A stretch of DNA of 40,353 bases from IMG/VR virus record IMGVR_UViG_3300045185_000022, one strand, 5' to 3'. The notes under the pieces are model-generated. The model was not told the DNA's origin and did no database searches. It saw only the letters and a program-made list of their open reading frames with translations. The first letter of the stretch is position 1. Each line of letters starts with the position of its first letter. Shown piece by piece: positions 8,266 to 17,025 of the stretch. Source of the DNA: a virus. The position numbers were made by a program, and so were the translations under genes.

Positions 8266-9450
8266 ATGGCTTGGCGAATCGTGGCCGCTGACGCAGTGAC
8301 TCGGAAAGTGTTTTATGACCTGACGAACGTCGCCACCGCGTCGTACTCGGCGGTGCTGAACGGCGCCGGGTCGGTGGACGTGACGATCCAAACCCGGGAT
8401 GCGCTCACGCCCGTACCGGTGGAAGTGCTGCAGCTGTTGCGGCGTCGACAGAAGGCGACCGTGATCATCGTCGGATGGGTGCAGTCGTCTGGTGAGACGT
8501 ACGCGGTCGCGGACGCACTGATCGACACGTCATCGTGGAATCCTGGCACGGGCGTGCTGACGGTCTCGGGGGAGTCCGTGTGGTCTCTCATGGGCGAACG
8601 GATGATGTATCCGATGTGGGCGCGCGAGGTGATCGCGGGCGGCGGCACCGGAACGTTCTTCGTGGACTCCACGATCGAGGATGCGATGTGGTGGATCGTG
8701 GCCGCGTCGATCGGGCTCGGCAAAGAGATCTACCGCAACGGCGAGCTGATTTACGCGCCGACCGGGAATCATCACCGGCATCAGGATTTTCGGTGGTCGT
8801 CATCGACGGCGACGCAGTCTCGCCGGTGGGAGTTCCCGTACCGTGAACGCACCGCGCTCGAGATCCTCGAGGAGTTCCTCGGCTATGACGGTGCACCGGA
8901 TGTCGCGCTCCAGCCACGCATCGTGGATGAGGAGATCTATTGGCTGGTGCACACGAAGGTGGACATGCTGCGGTGGGAATCCGAGCTCGTGCATGATCGC
9001 GCTCCTGGTTTTCAGTCGCGGGTGACCGACCTGCAGATCGTGAAGGACGGCGTGCGCGGAACCACGTCACTGCTGAAAGTCGGCGGCGGTTCGGGCAAGT
9101 CGATGCAGTCCACGGCCGCCGTGTTCCAAGACATCGGCATCTCGGTGGAGGATCTTGACGGTCTCACTCGCGAGCGGATCACGTCAGCGAAGCAAGCGGA
9201 CGATAATCCGCGGTTGCGGCGTCTCGCGGTCGCGGAACTCCGCGAAAACTATTCCGACATTGAGCAATGGTCGTTCGGTGTGCGCTGCGACGGCGAAGTT
9301 CCCCCGTCGCTGTTTATGCCTGGGGCTGGGGTGCGGTTGCAGTACGGCGGCGACGAACTCTATTCCGCGAAAGAGCACCTGTTTCAGATCCTCGGGGTGA
9401 GCGGTTCGACCGATTCCACGCAGCTCAGATTGGACATCCAGAATGCCTAA
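8266..9450 (+). CDS. Minor tail protein (Tal-like baseplate hub)
   Basis: 394 aa; second gene after the tape measure; RBS AGGGGGA. Confidence 0.55.
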   Translation: MAWRIVAADAVTRKVFYDLTNVATASYSAVLNGAGSVDVTIQTRDALTPVPVEVLQLLRRRQKATVIIVGWVQSSGETYAVADALIDTSSWNPGTGVLTVSGESVWSLMGERMMYPMWAREVIAGGGTGTFFVDSTIEDAMWWIVAASIGLGKEIYRNGELIYAPTGNHHRHQDFRWSSSTATQSRRWEFPYRERTALEILEEFLGYDGAPDVALQPRIVDEEIYWLVHTKVDMLRWESELVHDRAPGFQSRVTDLQIVKDGVRGTTSLLKVGGGSGKSMQSTAAVFQDIGISVEDLDGLTRERITSAKQADDNPRLRRLAVAELRENYSDIEQWSFGVRCDGEVPPSLFMPGAGVRLQYGGDELYSAKEHLFQILGVSGSTDSTQLRLDIQNA

Positions 9451-10477
9451 AGAGAACCTGCGCCGAGATGATGATGGCGGGATTGGTGACCTGTCGAAAC
9501 AGATCAAAGACCTCCAGACCGCGAACCCGCTCGAGAACGGATCAGTCGACACTGGCACGCTCACGATCCGTTCAAGCCAGGACGGGCTCGTGATCGAGGC
9601 GGGCGGGCAATTCCTCGCGAAGGACGGCGCGACCATCCTCATTGAGGCGCTGCTGCGAGTGACGGGGCAAACCCAACTCGGGGACACATGGACCAATCAA
9701 CTCATCTCGAACGGCAACCTGTTCGCGAACGGCCAGCTTGCGGTCGAGGGCAAAACCTATTTGAACGACATCCTCGACGTGGATGGGACCACCGACCTCC
9801 GTGGCCGAGTGAATTTTCGCAACGATCTGTACGCACTCGAGCTTCCAGAGGCGTCGTCTCCAACGTCGATGAACATCGTGCTGGTCGATGATGGCGGAAA
9901 GTTCTATCGGGGCCCGAAGTATTCGTCTGGTGGTACGGGTGGCTCGGATAACCCGACTTCGCCTGGCGGGTTGGGTGAGGGCCCGGCTGCGCCGTTTTCG
10001 TATCAGGCGTTTTCGATTGGAAATGGGTCGGGCGAGGCAGACTTCGGGACTCGGAACACCGCGAAGGGCTGGCATGACGGGCTCGACTTCGCGTATGACG
10101 GCGCCGGGTACGGTGCTGCGGTGAGGTCGGTCGCGACTGGCACGGTCGTGAACTCGTCCTATGCGAATCATTCTGATGCCGGCCCCTACCCTGTGTGCAT
10201 TGATCATGGGCCGCTCGAGGCTGGATCGCACGCGGGGAGGCGACTCTATTCGGTGTATTGGCACATGCTGGACCGCACGGTGTCGGTCGGCGATTCGGTG
10301 ACGGCAGACACGGTGATCGGGCATGTCGGCGCGTACGGCAATGTCACGGGGCCGCACCTGCACCTCGAGCTGCATCTGGATTCGCTGCACTCGAATTGGC
10401 CGGTGCTTGGCCTTGATTCGTCGACTGGTGCGCAGGATCCTGTTCCGATTTTTAATGAGTATGGGGGCTGGCGGTAA
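9443..10477 (+). CDS. Tail-associated peptidoglycan hydrolase with C-terminal M23 peptidase domain
   Basis: HxxxD (WHDGLDF) and HxH (GPHLHLELH) motifs with YSVYWHM between them; N-terminal fibre-like region. Confidence 0.75.
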   Translation: MPKENLRRDDDGGIGDLSKQIKDLQTANPLENGSVDTGTLTIRSSQDGLVIEAGGQFLAKDGATILIEALLRVTGQTQLGDTWTNQLISNGNLFANGQLAVEGKTYLNDILDVDGTTDLRGRVNFRNDLYALELPEASSPTSMNIVLVDDGGKFYRGPKYSSGGTGGSDNPTSPGGLGEGPAAPFSYQAFSIGNGSGEADFGTRNTAKGWHDGLDFAYDGAGYGAAVRSVATGTVVNSSYANHSDAGPYPVCIDHGPLEAGSHAGRRLYSVYWHMLDRTVSVGDSVTADTVIGHVGAYGNVTGPHLHLELHLDSLHSNWPVLGLDSSTGAQDPVPIFNEYGGWR

Positions 10478-10947
10478 TGGCGAAATATAGCGGTACGGTT
10501 GTGCGGCCGTCGAGTGTGGCGCATGTGGCGTCGGCTCGGGCGCAGTTGCAAGTAAAGCTGGCGGAGCCGGGGACGCGTTCGGGATCGCTGGTGAATGACG
10601 ACACCATCGTTGTTGACGTGCCGTCATCGGGCGCGTTCGAGGTCGATTTAATCCCGTCTCCGCAGATTCTCTCCCGGTCTGGTCGGCCCGCAGTGTATAG
10701 CGTCGCGGAGTCGTGGCTGGACCCTGACGGCGTGCAGATCCCCGGCGGGTACTCCGAGTGGGGGACGTTCTACCTTGGCGCGTCTGGCGGCACGCTCTCG
10801 CAATATAAGGTGGCGCCGCCTGGCACGCCGGTCATCGAATGGGTGTCGACCCTCGCGGAAGCGCAGGCCCTCGAACCGACCCTCGCGAAGGGCTCAATCA
10901 TCATCGTCGCCGGTAGCACGGCCTGGAATGTTTACGAGGTGTCGTAA
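10477..10947 (+). CDS. Minor tail protein / hypothetical
   Basis: TAATG overlap; 156 aa; inside the tail-tip module. Confidence 0.5.
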   Translation: MAKYSGTVVRPSSVAHVASARAQLQVKLAEPGTRSGSLVNDDTIVVDVPSSGAFEVDLIPSPQILSRSGRPAVYSVAESWLDPDGVQIPGGYSEWGTFYLGASGGTLSQYKVAPPGTPVIEWVSTLAEAQALEPTLAKGSIIIVAGSTAWNVYEVS

Positions 10948-12503
10948 TGGCTCTAACACTGATTGGCAGTATCGCCGCAATTACTGACGCGGTGGCTGCG
11001 AACCTCGTATCCGGCCCGACGCAGACTCGTGCCGCGGTTGACGCGCGCGTGCGCGGCATTGTGCCGGCTGAGGTGTCGTCGCAGATCGCGAACTCTACGA
11101 CGTTGCAGGCTGCGTTGGCGGCGATGATCGGCAATCTCGGTGATGCGAACCTCGCGGCGGAGTATGCGCGCACGATTACGCCGACTGCGGATTGGAACAC
11201 GCTCACTCAGCGTGGTGTGTGGCGGCGCGCGTCAGCGACTCCGAACGGGTCGAACGTGCCGCCGACGCAGGCGTCGGGCACGCTGTATGTGACGAAGTCG
11301 AACGAGCAGACTGACCAGGCTGGCGGGCAACTGTTCATGGCCGCTGACGGTATTTGGTACCGCAGCGTTTCTGATGCGGGCGTGTGGTCGGAGTGGCGTG
11401 CGCTCGATTCCGACTATCGCGGGCTGATGCCGGATGGACAGTCGATCGATGACATGACCGGCCAGCAGTGGACTGGGCAATGGTATGTGCCGTCTACTGC
11501 TGCGGCGGACGCGCTGGTGGGTGCGAAACCGCCGATGAGCGGGCCGGGCACGTTCACGGTCGTGTCGTCGCGCACGTCGGGCTATTCGCACACGGTGCAG
11601 TGGTGGTCGATGCACCTGCTGTCAGGCTCGAAGCTGTTTATGCGGCTCACGGTCGCGTCGGGCGCGTTCAATGACTGGATTGAGGTTGGCGGTGCCGGGA
11701 GTAGTGCTGGCGCGCGTGACCTGCGCCTGCAACTGTTTGAGGAGGCGTACCCGCTCGTTTCGACAGGGAATAAGGGCGTCGTCGTGCTTCGGTATGACCA
11801 CGGCCTCACGAATTTCAAGTCGACGATCCTGCCGTTGCATCAGCAATACAATCTGCCTGCCTATATCGCGATGAATTCCCGCAACTGGTCGCTCGATGAG
11901 AACTCGGGCGCAACGCAGGAGGAAGCCCGGTCGTGGGCGAACGTCGAATGGGGCAACCATTCCGCCGACCACGAAGACAAGTCGGGTGGGGCCGCGATCT
12001 ACGACAACATCGTGAACGGCCGCATCGAGCTCGAAGCCCAGTTGGAACGCACGATCCACGGCTACACCGCGCCGGGGTTGACGGGCGGCCAGTTCGACGG
12101 GTTCAACACCGGCTGGGTCGACGGCTACTCCAACACGCCCGCGGGTGCGATGATCCTCGACCATCACGCGATCGCGTCCGGCGGGATCGGCGACACGAAC
12201 TTCCGCCCCCTGGACGGGAAGATCCGCATCGGTGGCCGGCATTACACGTGGGAGCAGCGCACGTACGCACAAATCAAGGCCGAGATCGATACTGCGATCT
12301 CGACCAAGACCGCGCTGACGATTATGGCGCACCCGCGCACGATGAACCAGTCCGGGTATTGGACGCCGGCACTGTTGGAGCAGGTGCTGGCCTATATTCG
12401 GTCGCAGATCGATGCGGGGAACCTCGCTGATCTGACCTACTACCAGTCGCAGCATGCGGTGTTGCGGACGCCGGTCGAGGCATTCCAGGCCGCACTCGCC
12501 TAA
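10947..12503 (+). CDS. Tail fibre/spike protein with CE4 (NodB, polysaccharide deacetylase)-like C-terminal domain, paralogue 1
   Basis: Contains LRYDHGLTNF, GNHSADH (H-S-x-x-H), YTAPG and TIMAHP in NodB motif order. The N-terminal half has two knob-like W-rich repeats. Confidence 0.6.
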   Translation: MALTLIGSIAAITDAVAANLVSGPTQTRAAVDARVRGIVPAEVSSQIANSTTLQAALAAMIGNLGDANLAAEYARTITPTADWNTLTQRGVWRRASATPNGSNVPPTQASGTLYVTKSNEQTDQAGGQLFMAADGIWYRSVSDAGVWSEWRALDSDYRGLMPDGQSIDDMTGQQWTGQWYVPSTAAADALVGAKPPMSGPGTFTVVSSRTSGYSHTVQWWSMHLLSGSKLFMRLTVASGAFNDWIEVGGAGSSAGARDLRLQLFEEAYPLVSTGNKGVVVLRYDHGLTNFKSTILPLHQQYNLPAYIAMNSRNWSLDENSGATQEEARSWANVEWGNHSADHEDKSGGAAIYDNIVNGRIELEAQLERTIHGYTAPGLTGGQFDGFNTGWVDGYSNTPAGAMILDHHAIASGGIGDTNFRPLDGKIRIGGRHYTWEQRTYAQIKAEIDTAISTKTALTIMAHPRTMNQSGYWTPALLEQVLAYIRSQIDAGNLADLTYYQSQHAVLRTPVEAFQAALA

Positions 12504-12520
12504 CCACACTCTCTCACTCA

Positions 12521-12546
12521 AGCCACCCCTGCGGGTGGCTTTTTTG
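12521..12546 (+). terminator. Intrinsic terminator between the fibre paralogues
   Basis: AGCCACCC-ctgc-GGGTGGCT followed by TTTTTG. Confidence 0.8.
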
Positions 12547-12579
12547 TTGCACCCACACGGTGCGGAAAGGGGCAGACCG

Positions 12580-14019
12580 GTGGATGACGACCTGGTGCAG
12601 CTCGCAACCCTGATCGGTGTTGAACTCAAAACCCGTGGCACGATCCGTGCACTCATCCCCGCCGACACGGACGTGAACACGCTCCGCACCCCCGGCGTGT
12701 ATGCAGTCGCATCGACCACGATCGCTGCCTCACTCATCAACTGGCCGGAACCGGTCACGGGGCTTCTCGTGGTCGAAAAAACGCCCCAGAACCAGATGAC
12801 GACGCAGAACGTGTACCTGTACAAGTCAACATCGCAGCCACCGAAGAAATACTCGCGCGTGAACCGTCTCGCATCGAACGATGCGTGGACGGCGTGGGGT
12901 TCCCCGGAATGGGCGCAGGCCGTGTTCGGCGGCACGTCCGAGACTCCCGCGAACGTTGACATGCATGTCGAGGCGGGCGCGTGGCTCGTCACCGCACCGG
13001 CCACGGTGACTGGTTTGCCGGCGGTGACGGCGACCGGATGGATTATCGAGAATCTGCGGTTCCGTGACTCGACAGTGATGCTGCAGCGTGCGACGGCTCG
13101 CACGTCGGGTGCGCCTCGCGTGTTCACTCGGGTCGGTGCGGTGCCTGCCGCGACGGGTTGGAATGGTGCCGCCTGGCATGAACTCGCGGCCGGTGGTGGA
13201 ACCACGCCGGTTGTGGCGGAGGACGCGGGGCTCGCGAACGCGATGCTGCTGCAGGACTTCGTGCGCCGGCGCGGTGGCCGCAAGAAAGTGACGACCGGGG
13301 TTATTTCGTTCCGTTTCGATCATGGCCTCGCGAACTTCGACACGAAGATCCGGCCACTGCTCGAGGCCCGCAACATCCCGTACAGTCTCGCGCTCTGCTC
13401 CGGCCAATGGTCACGTTCGGAGAACGTCGGTGTGACTGCGGCGATGGTCAACGGCTGGGTTGAGGGTGGTCTCGCGGAGGTCTGGAACCATTCGAAGGAT
13501 CATGGCTCGGGCGACAACTCGACTGCGCAATGGCAGGCCGCGATCCAGGACGGTCTCACCGAACTGCAGGCGCAAATTCCGGCCGCGCAGATAGACGGCT
13601 GGGCACCCCCAGGTTCCTCTGGTACGGACTTTGGCGGGTTCACGAACGGTGGCACGATCCCGCAACTGTTGACCGAGGGGGGCCGCTATATCCTCGCGCG
13701 GCACGCGATCACTGCCGGCTACCTGTCTGGCACCGTGTATCGGCTGTTGGATGGGAACCCGCGTAACGCGCTCACGCATGTGACGGGGGATAAGCAGACG
13801 CAGGCGCAGCTCGAGGCGTACCTGAATGGCGCGGTCTCGCAACGCAAGGGCGTGCAGATCATGATTCATCCGTCGCTGGTCGACTCGGAGGGGTATATCA
13901 CGACGGCGGAGATCGAGGGGTTCCTGGATGCGGTAGTGACCGCTCGCGACGCTGGCCAGGTGGCGGTGATGGGGCCGTACGACGCGCTCCTCGCTGACGC
14001 GACCGACGCTGCGATCTAA
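12580..14019 (+). CDS. Tail fibre/spike protein with CE4-like C-terminal domain, paralogue 2
   Basis: GTG after GGAAAGGGG. FRFDHGLANF, WNHSKDH, WAPPG and IMIHP are collinear with 10947-12503. The track start at 12454 lies upstream of the terminator. Confidence 0.6.
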   Translation: MDDDLVQLATLIGVELKTRGTIRALIPADTDVNTLRTPGVYAVASTTIAASLINWPEPVTGLLVVEKTPQNQMTTQNVYLYKSTSQPPKKYSRVNRLASNDAWTAWGSPEWAQAVFGGTSETPANVDMHVEAGAWLVTAPATVTGLPAVTATGWIIENLRFRDSTVMLQRATARTSGAPRVFTRVGAVPAATGWNGAAWHELAAGGGTTPVVAEDAGLANAMLLQDFVRRRGGRKKVTTGVISFRFDHGLANFDTKIRPLLEARNIPYSLALCSGQWSRSENVGVTAAMVNGWVEGGLAEVWNHSKDHGSGDNSTAQWQAAIQDGLTELQAQIPAAQIDGWAPPGSSGTDFGGFTNGGTIPQLLTEGGRYILARHAITAGYLSGTVYRLLDGNPRNALTHVTGDKQTQAQLEAYLNGAVSQRKGVQIMIHPSLVDSEGYITTAEIEGFLDAVVTARDAGQVAVMGPYDALLADATDAAI

Positions 14020-14038
14020 CCGCGCCCCAAACGTTGAT

Positions 14039-14059
14039 CCCCGTTACGGGGCCATTTTT
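14039..14059 (+). terminator. Weak stem-loop plus T-run
   Basis: CCCCG-tta-CGGGG, then CCATTTTT. Confidence 0.35.
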
Positions 14060-14079
14060 CATGCCTGAAAGGGGCAGCA

Positions 14080-14973
14080 ATGACTCATTCGAAGCTCACG
14101 AACAAGATCAGTCTCAGCAGCCAGTCGAGTTCGCGTGACGGCACGAAGATCGATCGGTTCCTCGTTCACCACGCAGCAAGCACCTCGCAGTCCGGCGTGG
14201 TCGACATGATGGTGCGCGCGACCCGCACAGTCTCGGCGAACTATGTCATCGGCGACACAATCACCTGTGTCGTTGACGAGGATCGCCGCGCCTGGACTTC
14301 TGGCGCGTCGGGTGACGGCGGCCGCGGCGCAGCGTTCGACACGCGCTCAATCACCGTCGAAACCATCAATGACTCGACGGACGGTTGGACGGTCAGCGAC
14401 AAGACGTTCGACAACCTCGCGCGCCTCATCGCCGATTGCGCCACCCGCTACGACTTCGACATCACCGATGACACCGTGCTCACGCACCAGGAACTCTGGT
14501 CGCGGTTCCGTGCTTCGTACGCAACCGCGTGCCCTGGGGATTTGCAGCGCCGTAAGGCCGAGCTGTTGAAGCTCGCGAAGTCCTACCAGGACGGCAAGGC
14601 CACCGGGGGTGGTACTGCCGCGTCGAAGCCTGCGACGTCGACGCCGGCGCGCGCCTCGTGGGAGGCGACCGCGTTCGGCATCGGCACCACCGCCACCGCC
14701 GCGCAGTGGAAGACGATTCAGAGCTGGCTCAAGAAGCTGGTCCGCTATGACGGCCCCGTTGATGGTGTGCCCGGCCAGAACACCTGGAAGGGCATTCAGC
14801 GCACCGTCGCCAAGTACGGCTACTACGACGGCCCCATCGACGGTGTTCCCGGCACGAACACCGCGAAGGGAATGCAGTCCTACGCACGCAACGGCGGCGG
14901 CTACACCGGCCCCACCGACGGCGTGCTCGGCGCGAACTCGTGGGCCGGGTTCGTCAAGCGGCTTTCGAGCTAG
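14080..14973 (+). CDS. Endolysin: N-acetylmuramoyl-L-alanine amidase (Amidase_2/PGRP type) with three PG-binding repeats
   Basis: FLVHHAAS ... THQELW ... ATACPG. The C-terminus has three copies of Y(D/T)GPxDGVxGxN(T/S)xxG. Confidence 0.85.
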   Translation: MTHSKLTNKISLSSQSSSRDGTKIDRFLVHHAASTSQSGVVDMMVRATRTVSANYVIGDTITCVVDEDRRAWTSGASGDGGRGAAFDTRSITVETINDSTDGWTVSDKTFDNLARLIADCATRYDFDITDDTVLTHQELWSRFRASYATACPGDLQRRKAELLKLAKSYQDGKATGGGTAASKPATSTPARASWEATAFGIGTTATAAQWKTIQSWLKKLVRYDGPVDGVPGQNTWKGIQRTVAKYGYYDGPIDGVPGTNTAKGMQSYARNGGGYTGPTDGVLGANSWAGFVKRLSS

Positions 14974-14981
14974 GAGCGATC

Positions 14982-15398
14982 ATGCCGAAGCGTCTCGTGA
15001 CCTGGATGCATGACCCGCCCGAGTGGCGGCCGGTGTGGCTTGGAGGGCATCTGTGGGGTGCGCTCATGGGCGCCGTCACGCTCACCGCGCCGCCGCTCAC
15101 GATCAAGGGCGAGCTCGGGCCTGTCCTCACCACCGTGTGGGGAATCCTCGCATTGGTCGGTTCGCTCATCGCCGCCGCGAACGTCTACTCGCGGCATGCA
15201 TGGGCGGAACGCCTCGGTATCCAGATCGCGGCGCTCGGCACCGGCCTCTACTCCGCAACAATCCTCTACCTGTGGGTTTCCACGGGGGAGAACCGCGGCA
15301 CACAATTCTTCGCCGTGTCGCTCGGCCTGTTCTTCTTCCTGGCGCGGTTCCTCACGGTCGAGCACTGGGACGACCGCGACCTCGCACGGGAGATCTGA
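14982..15398 (+). CDS. Holin-like membrane protein (4 predicted TM segments)
   Basis: RBS AGGAG; 138 aa with four hydrophobic stretches; directly after the endolysin. Confidence 0.65.
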   Translation: MPKRLVTWMHDPPEWRPVWLGGHLWGALMGAVTLTAPPLTIKGELGPVLTTVWGILALVGSLIAAANVYSRHAWAERLGIQIAALGTGLYSATILYLWVSTGENRGTQFFAVSLGLFFFLARFLTVEHWDDRDLAREI

Positions 15399-15736
15399 TG
15401 CCGCTCTGGGAATACATCGTCTCGCTCGCGACGGCACTCGGTGTCGGCACGATCGTTCCCAAGATATTCGACAAGCTGGCCGCGAACATGACCGAGCGAG
15501 GGCAGCGCCGCAGGAAGGACGCGGAGCGCCTCGCGCAGCTCGTGGACGAAGCGAAGCGCGAGCGAGACGAAGCGATCGCGCACCGCGACGTTGAAGCGTC
15601 CCGTCGTCGCCGCCTCGAGGAACATGCGTCGCGGCTGCGCCGAATCCTCGCGGAAGCACCGTGCGTCGACTTCGACACGATCCCGCCCTGGCCTGGAGGC
15701 ACGGGGCCAACACCTACGCAAGGAGACTACAAGTGA
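15398..15736 (+). CDS. Membrane-anchored coiled-coil protein (lysis accessory, possibly holin/spanin-like)
   Basis: TGATG overlap; N-terminal TM segment (IVSLATALGVGTIVP), then an Arg/Glu-rich helix. Confidence 0.5.
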   Translation: MPLWEYIVSLATALGVGTIVPKIFDKLAANMTERGQRRRKDAERLAQLVDEAKRERDEAIAHRDVEASRRRRLEEHASRLRRILAEAPCVDFDTIPPWPGGTGPTPTQGDYK

Positions 15737-15975
15737 CCTCTACCCCGAACCTCGGCGCTGTGATTCAGTCGCCCACCGCCCGCCGTTGGATTTACGGCGT
15801 CTACATCATCGCTGTGTTCATCATCGGATGTGTTCAGGTCGGCTTCGCTGCGGTGGATGCTGGCCAGCCTGACTGGCTGACGGTCGCTCTCGCGGTCGCC
15901 GCGTACGCGGGTGTCCCTGTTGGCGCGCTCGCCGCAGCGAACACGTCAACCTCTACCGGCAAGCACACCGAATAA
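15733..15975 (+). CDS. Small membrane protein (2 TM)
   Basis: GTG after AAGGAGA; 80 aa; two hydrophobic segments; last gene of the late operon. Confidence 0.5.
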   Translation: MTSTPNLGAVIQSPTARRWIYGVYIIAVFIIGCVQVGFAAVDAGQPDWLTVALAVAAYAGVPVGALAAANTSTSTGKHTE

Positions 15976-15996
15976 CCTTCATCCCCAACGATTGAA

Positions 15997-16048
15997 GCCC
16001 CCACCTTCACGCTGAGCGCGTGCGGGTGGGGGCGCTTTCGTCGTTTCC
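15997..16048. terminator. Terminator between convergent transcription units
   Basis: GCCCCCACC (15997-16005) pairs with GGTGGGGGC (16025-16033), then GCTTTCGTCGTTTCC. Confidence 0.6.
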
Positions 16049-16051
16049 GGG

Positions 16052-16237
16052 CTACGACCGCACCCAGGCGATGACTTCACCCTCGCCAAGCTCGACCAGC
16101 CCACGCGCCTCCTCAAGCGTCGACGCCGCGATCTCGACCTCGCGCGGCGCATCCACCTCCGGTCGATCGCCGAGCGCGTCACGCTCCGTCTCCGAGAGAG
16201 CAGCAGCAGTATTGACGGTCTTGATCATCACGTGCAT
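16052..16237 (-). CDS. Small acidic hypothetical protein (about 58-61 aa)
   Basis: High GC3; MHVMIKTVNTAAALSETERDAL...; net charge about -7; the start could be 16237 or 16228. Confidence 0.45.
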   Translation of the reverse strand: MHVMIKTVNTAAALSETERDALGDRPEVDAPREVEIAASTLEEARGLVELGEGEVIAWVRS

Positions 16238-16274
16238 GGCATTGAGCTTAGGCCGCGGGCAGCCTTGCAACGGA

Positions 16275-16318
16275 GGGAATAATATTCCCAACTCACTTGA
16301 ATCGGGCATATTATTCCC
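16275..16318. promoter_or_regulatory. Twin 15-bp AT-rich palindromic operator-like sites in a divergent promoter region
   Basis: GGGAATAATATTCCC (16275-16289) and GGGCATATTATTCCC (16304-16318), 14/15 related after inversion. Each contains a TATTAT -10-like hexamer facing outward. Confidence 0.6.
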
Positions 16319-16359
16319 TCGCTTGCAAGAGTGTCGGCGGCGGGAGCTACCCTCTGCGC

Positions 16360-16656
16360 ATGAGCAAGCAGCATCTAGAGGGTGCCGACGCGATCGTCGC
16401 CGCGATCGAGGCGCAGGCGCGCCAATCCCATCCGCTCGCCGAGACGATCCACCCAGGTCAGGTGTGGCGCGTGCACGGCCACAGCACCGCGACGATCGGC
16501 TGGGTGCGGTACCTCGTGCCAGAGCGTGGCACCGGGCCCGCCTATCACGCCTACGCTGACCGGCGTGAGGATGGTGTACGGCCGTGGCTCAAGAGCTTCG
16601 CGACACTCGACTCAGCCGTGGCATGGGTCTACCAGCACCGCGGGGAGCTCAGCTGA
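16360..16656 (+). CDS. Hypothetical protein (98 aa)
   Basis: ATG downstream of the palindromes (MSKQHLEGADAIV...); His/Trp-rich; no family recognised. Confidence 0.5.
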   Translation: MSKQHLEGADAIVAAIEAQARQSHPLAETIHPGQVWRVHGHSTATIGWVRYLVPERGTGPAYHAYADRREDGVRPWLKSFATLDSAVAWVYQHRGELS

Positions 16657-16831
16657 GATCGTCCACGATGCTCTCGATCGTGCCCTGACGTCCGCGGAAC
16701 TCGATCACATCCGGCAACTCGGCATACTCGTGCAGCACCGCCACGCAGGCATTCACGGCCTCAAGCTGACGGTCCGCAGGCACCTGCTCAATGAGAGCAC
16801 CGAGCACGTCCAGGGCTTCCTCAAGATCCAT
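16649..16831 (-). CDS. Small strongly acidic hypothetical protein (60 aa)
   Basis: MDLEEALDVLGALIEQVPADRQLEAV...; net charge about -11; convergent with 16360-16656 and overlaps it by 8 nt; no SD sequence. Confidence 0.45.
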   Translation of the reverse strand: MDLEEALDVLGALIEQVPADRQLEAVNACVAVLHEYAELPDVIEFRGRQGTIESIVDDLS

Positions 16832-17025
16832 GCGGGGGAGTCTACGCGGCGTAGTTTCGTGCCCACTTTTTGCCCACATTTTGCCCACGAAACTCACGCT
16901 TTGCCCACATTTGCCCACACTTTCCACCGCTCTCAGCATCCCGCCACATCCACCGCACCCCGCCGACTTACCAGGTAAACACTGGGCACGCGGCGAAAAC
17001 ACGGCGGAGACAACAACCTCGGCAC

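Noticed and set aside
12454-12579. Upstream start (12454) for the second fibre gene
   Set aside because: It would place the intrinsic terminator and the end of the previous gene inside the coding region. GTG 12580 follows a GGAAAGGGG RBS.
11622-13283. 553-aa ORF on the minus strand, antisense to both fibre genes
   Set aside because: - Its composition is Arg/Pro/Ala-rich and of low complexity, typical of antisense frames in high-GC DNA.
- It crosses the 12521-12546 terminator.
- The plus-strand genes have clear motifs and operon phasing.
15023-15397. 237-aa ORF (15023-15736) overlapping the holin gene in another frame
   Set aside because: The upstream 125 residues are Arg/Ala/His-rich off-frame sequence. 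The real product starts at ATG 15398, coupled to the holin stop.
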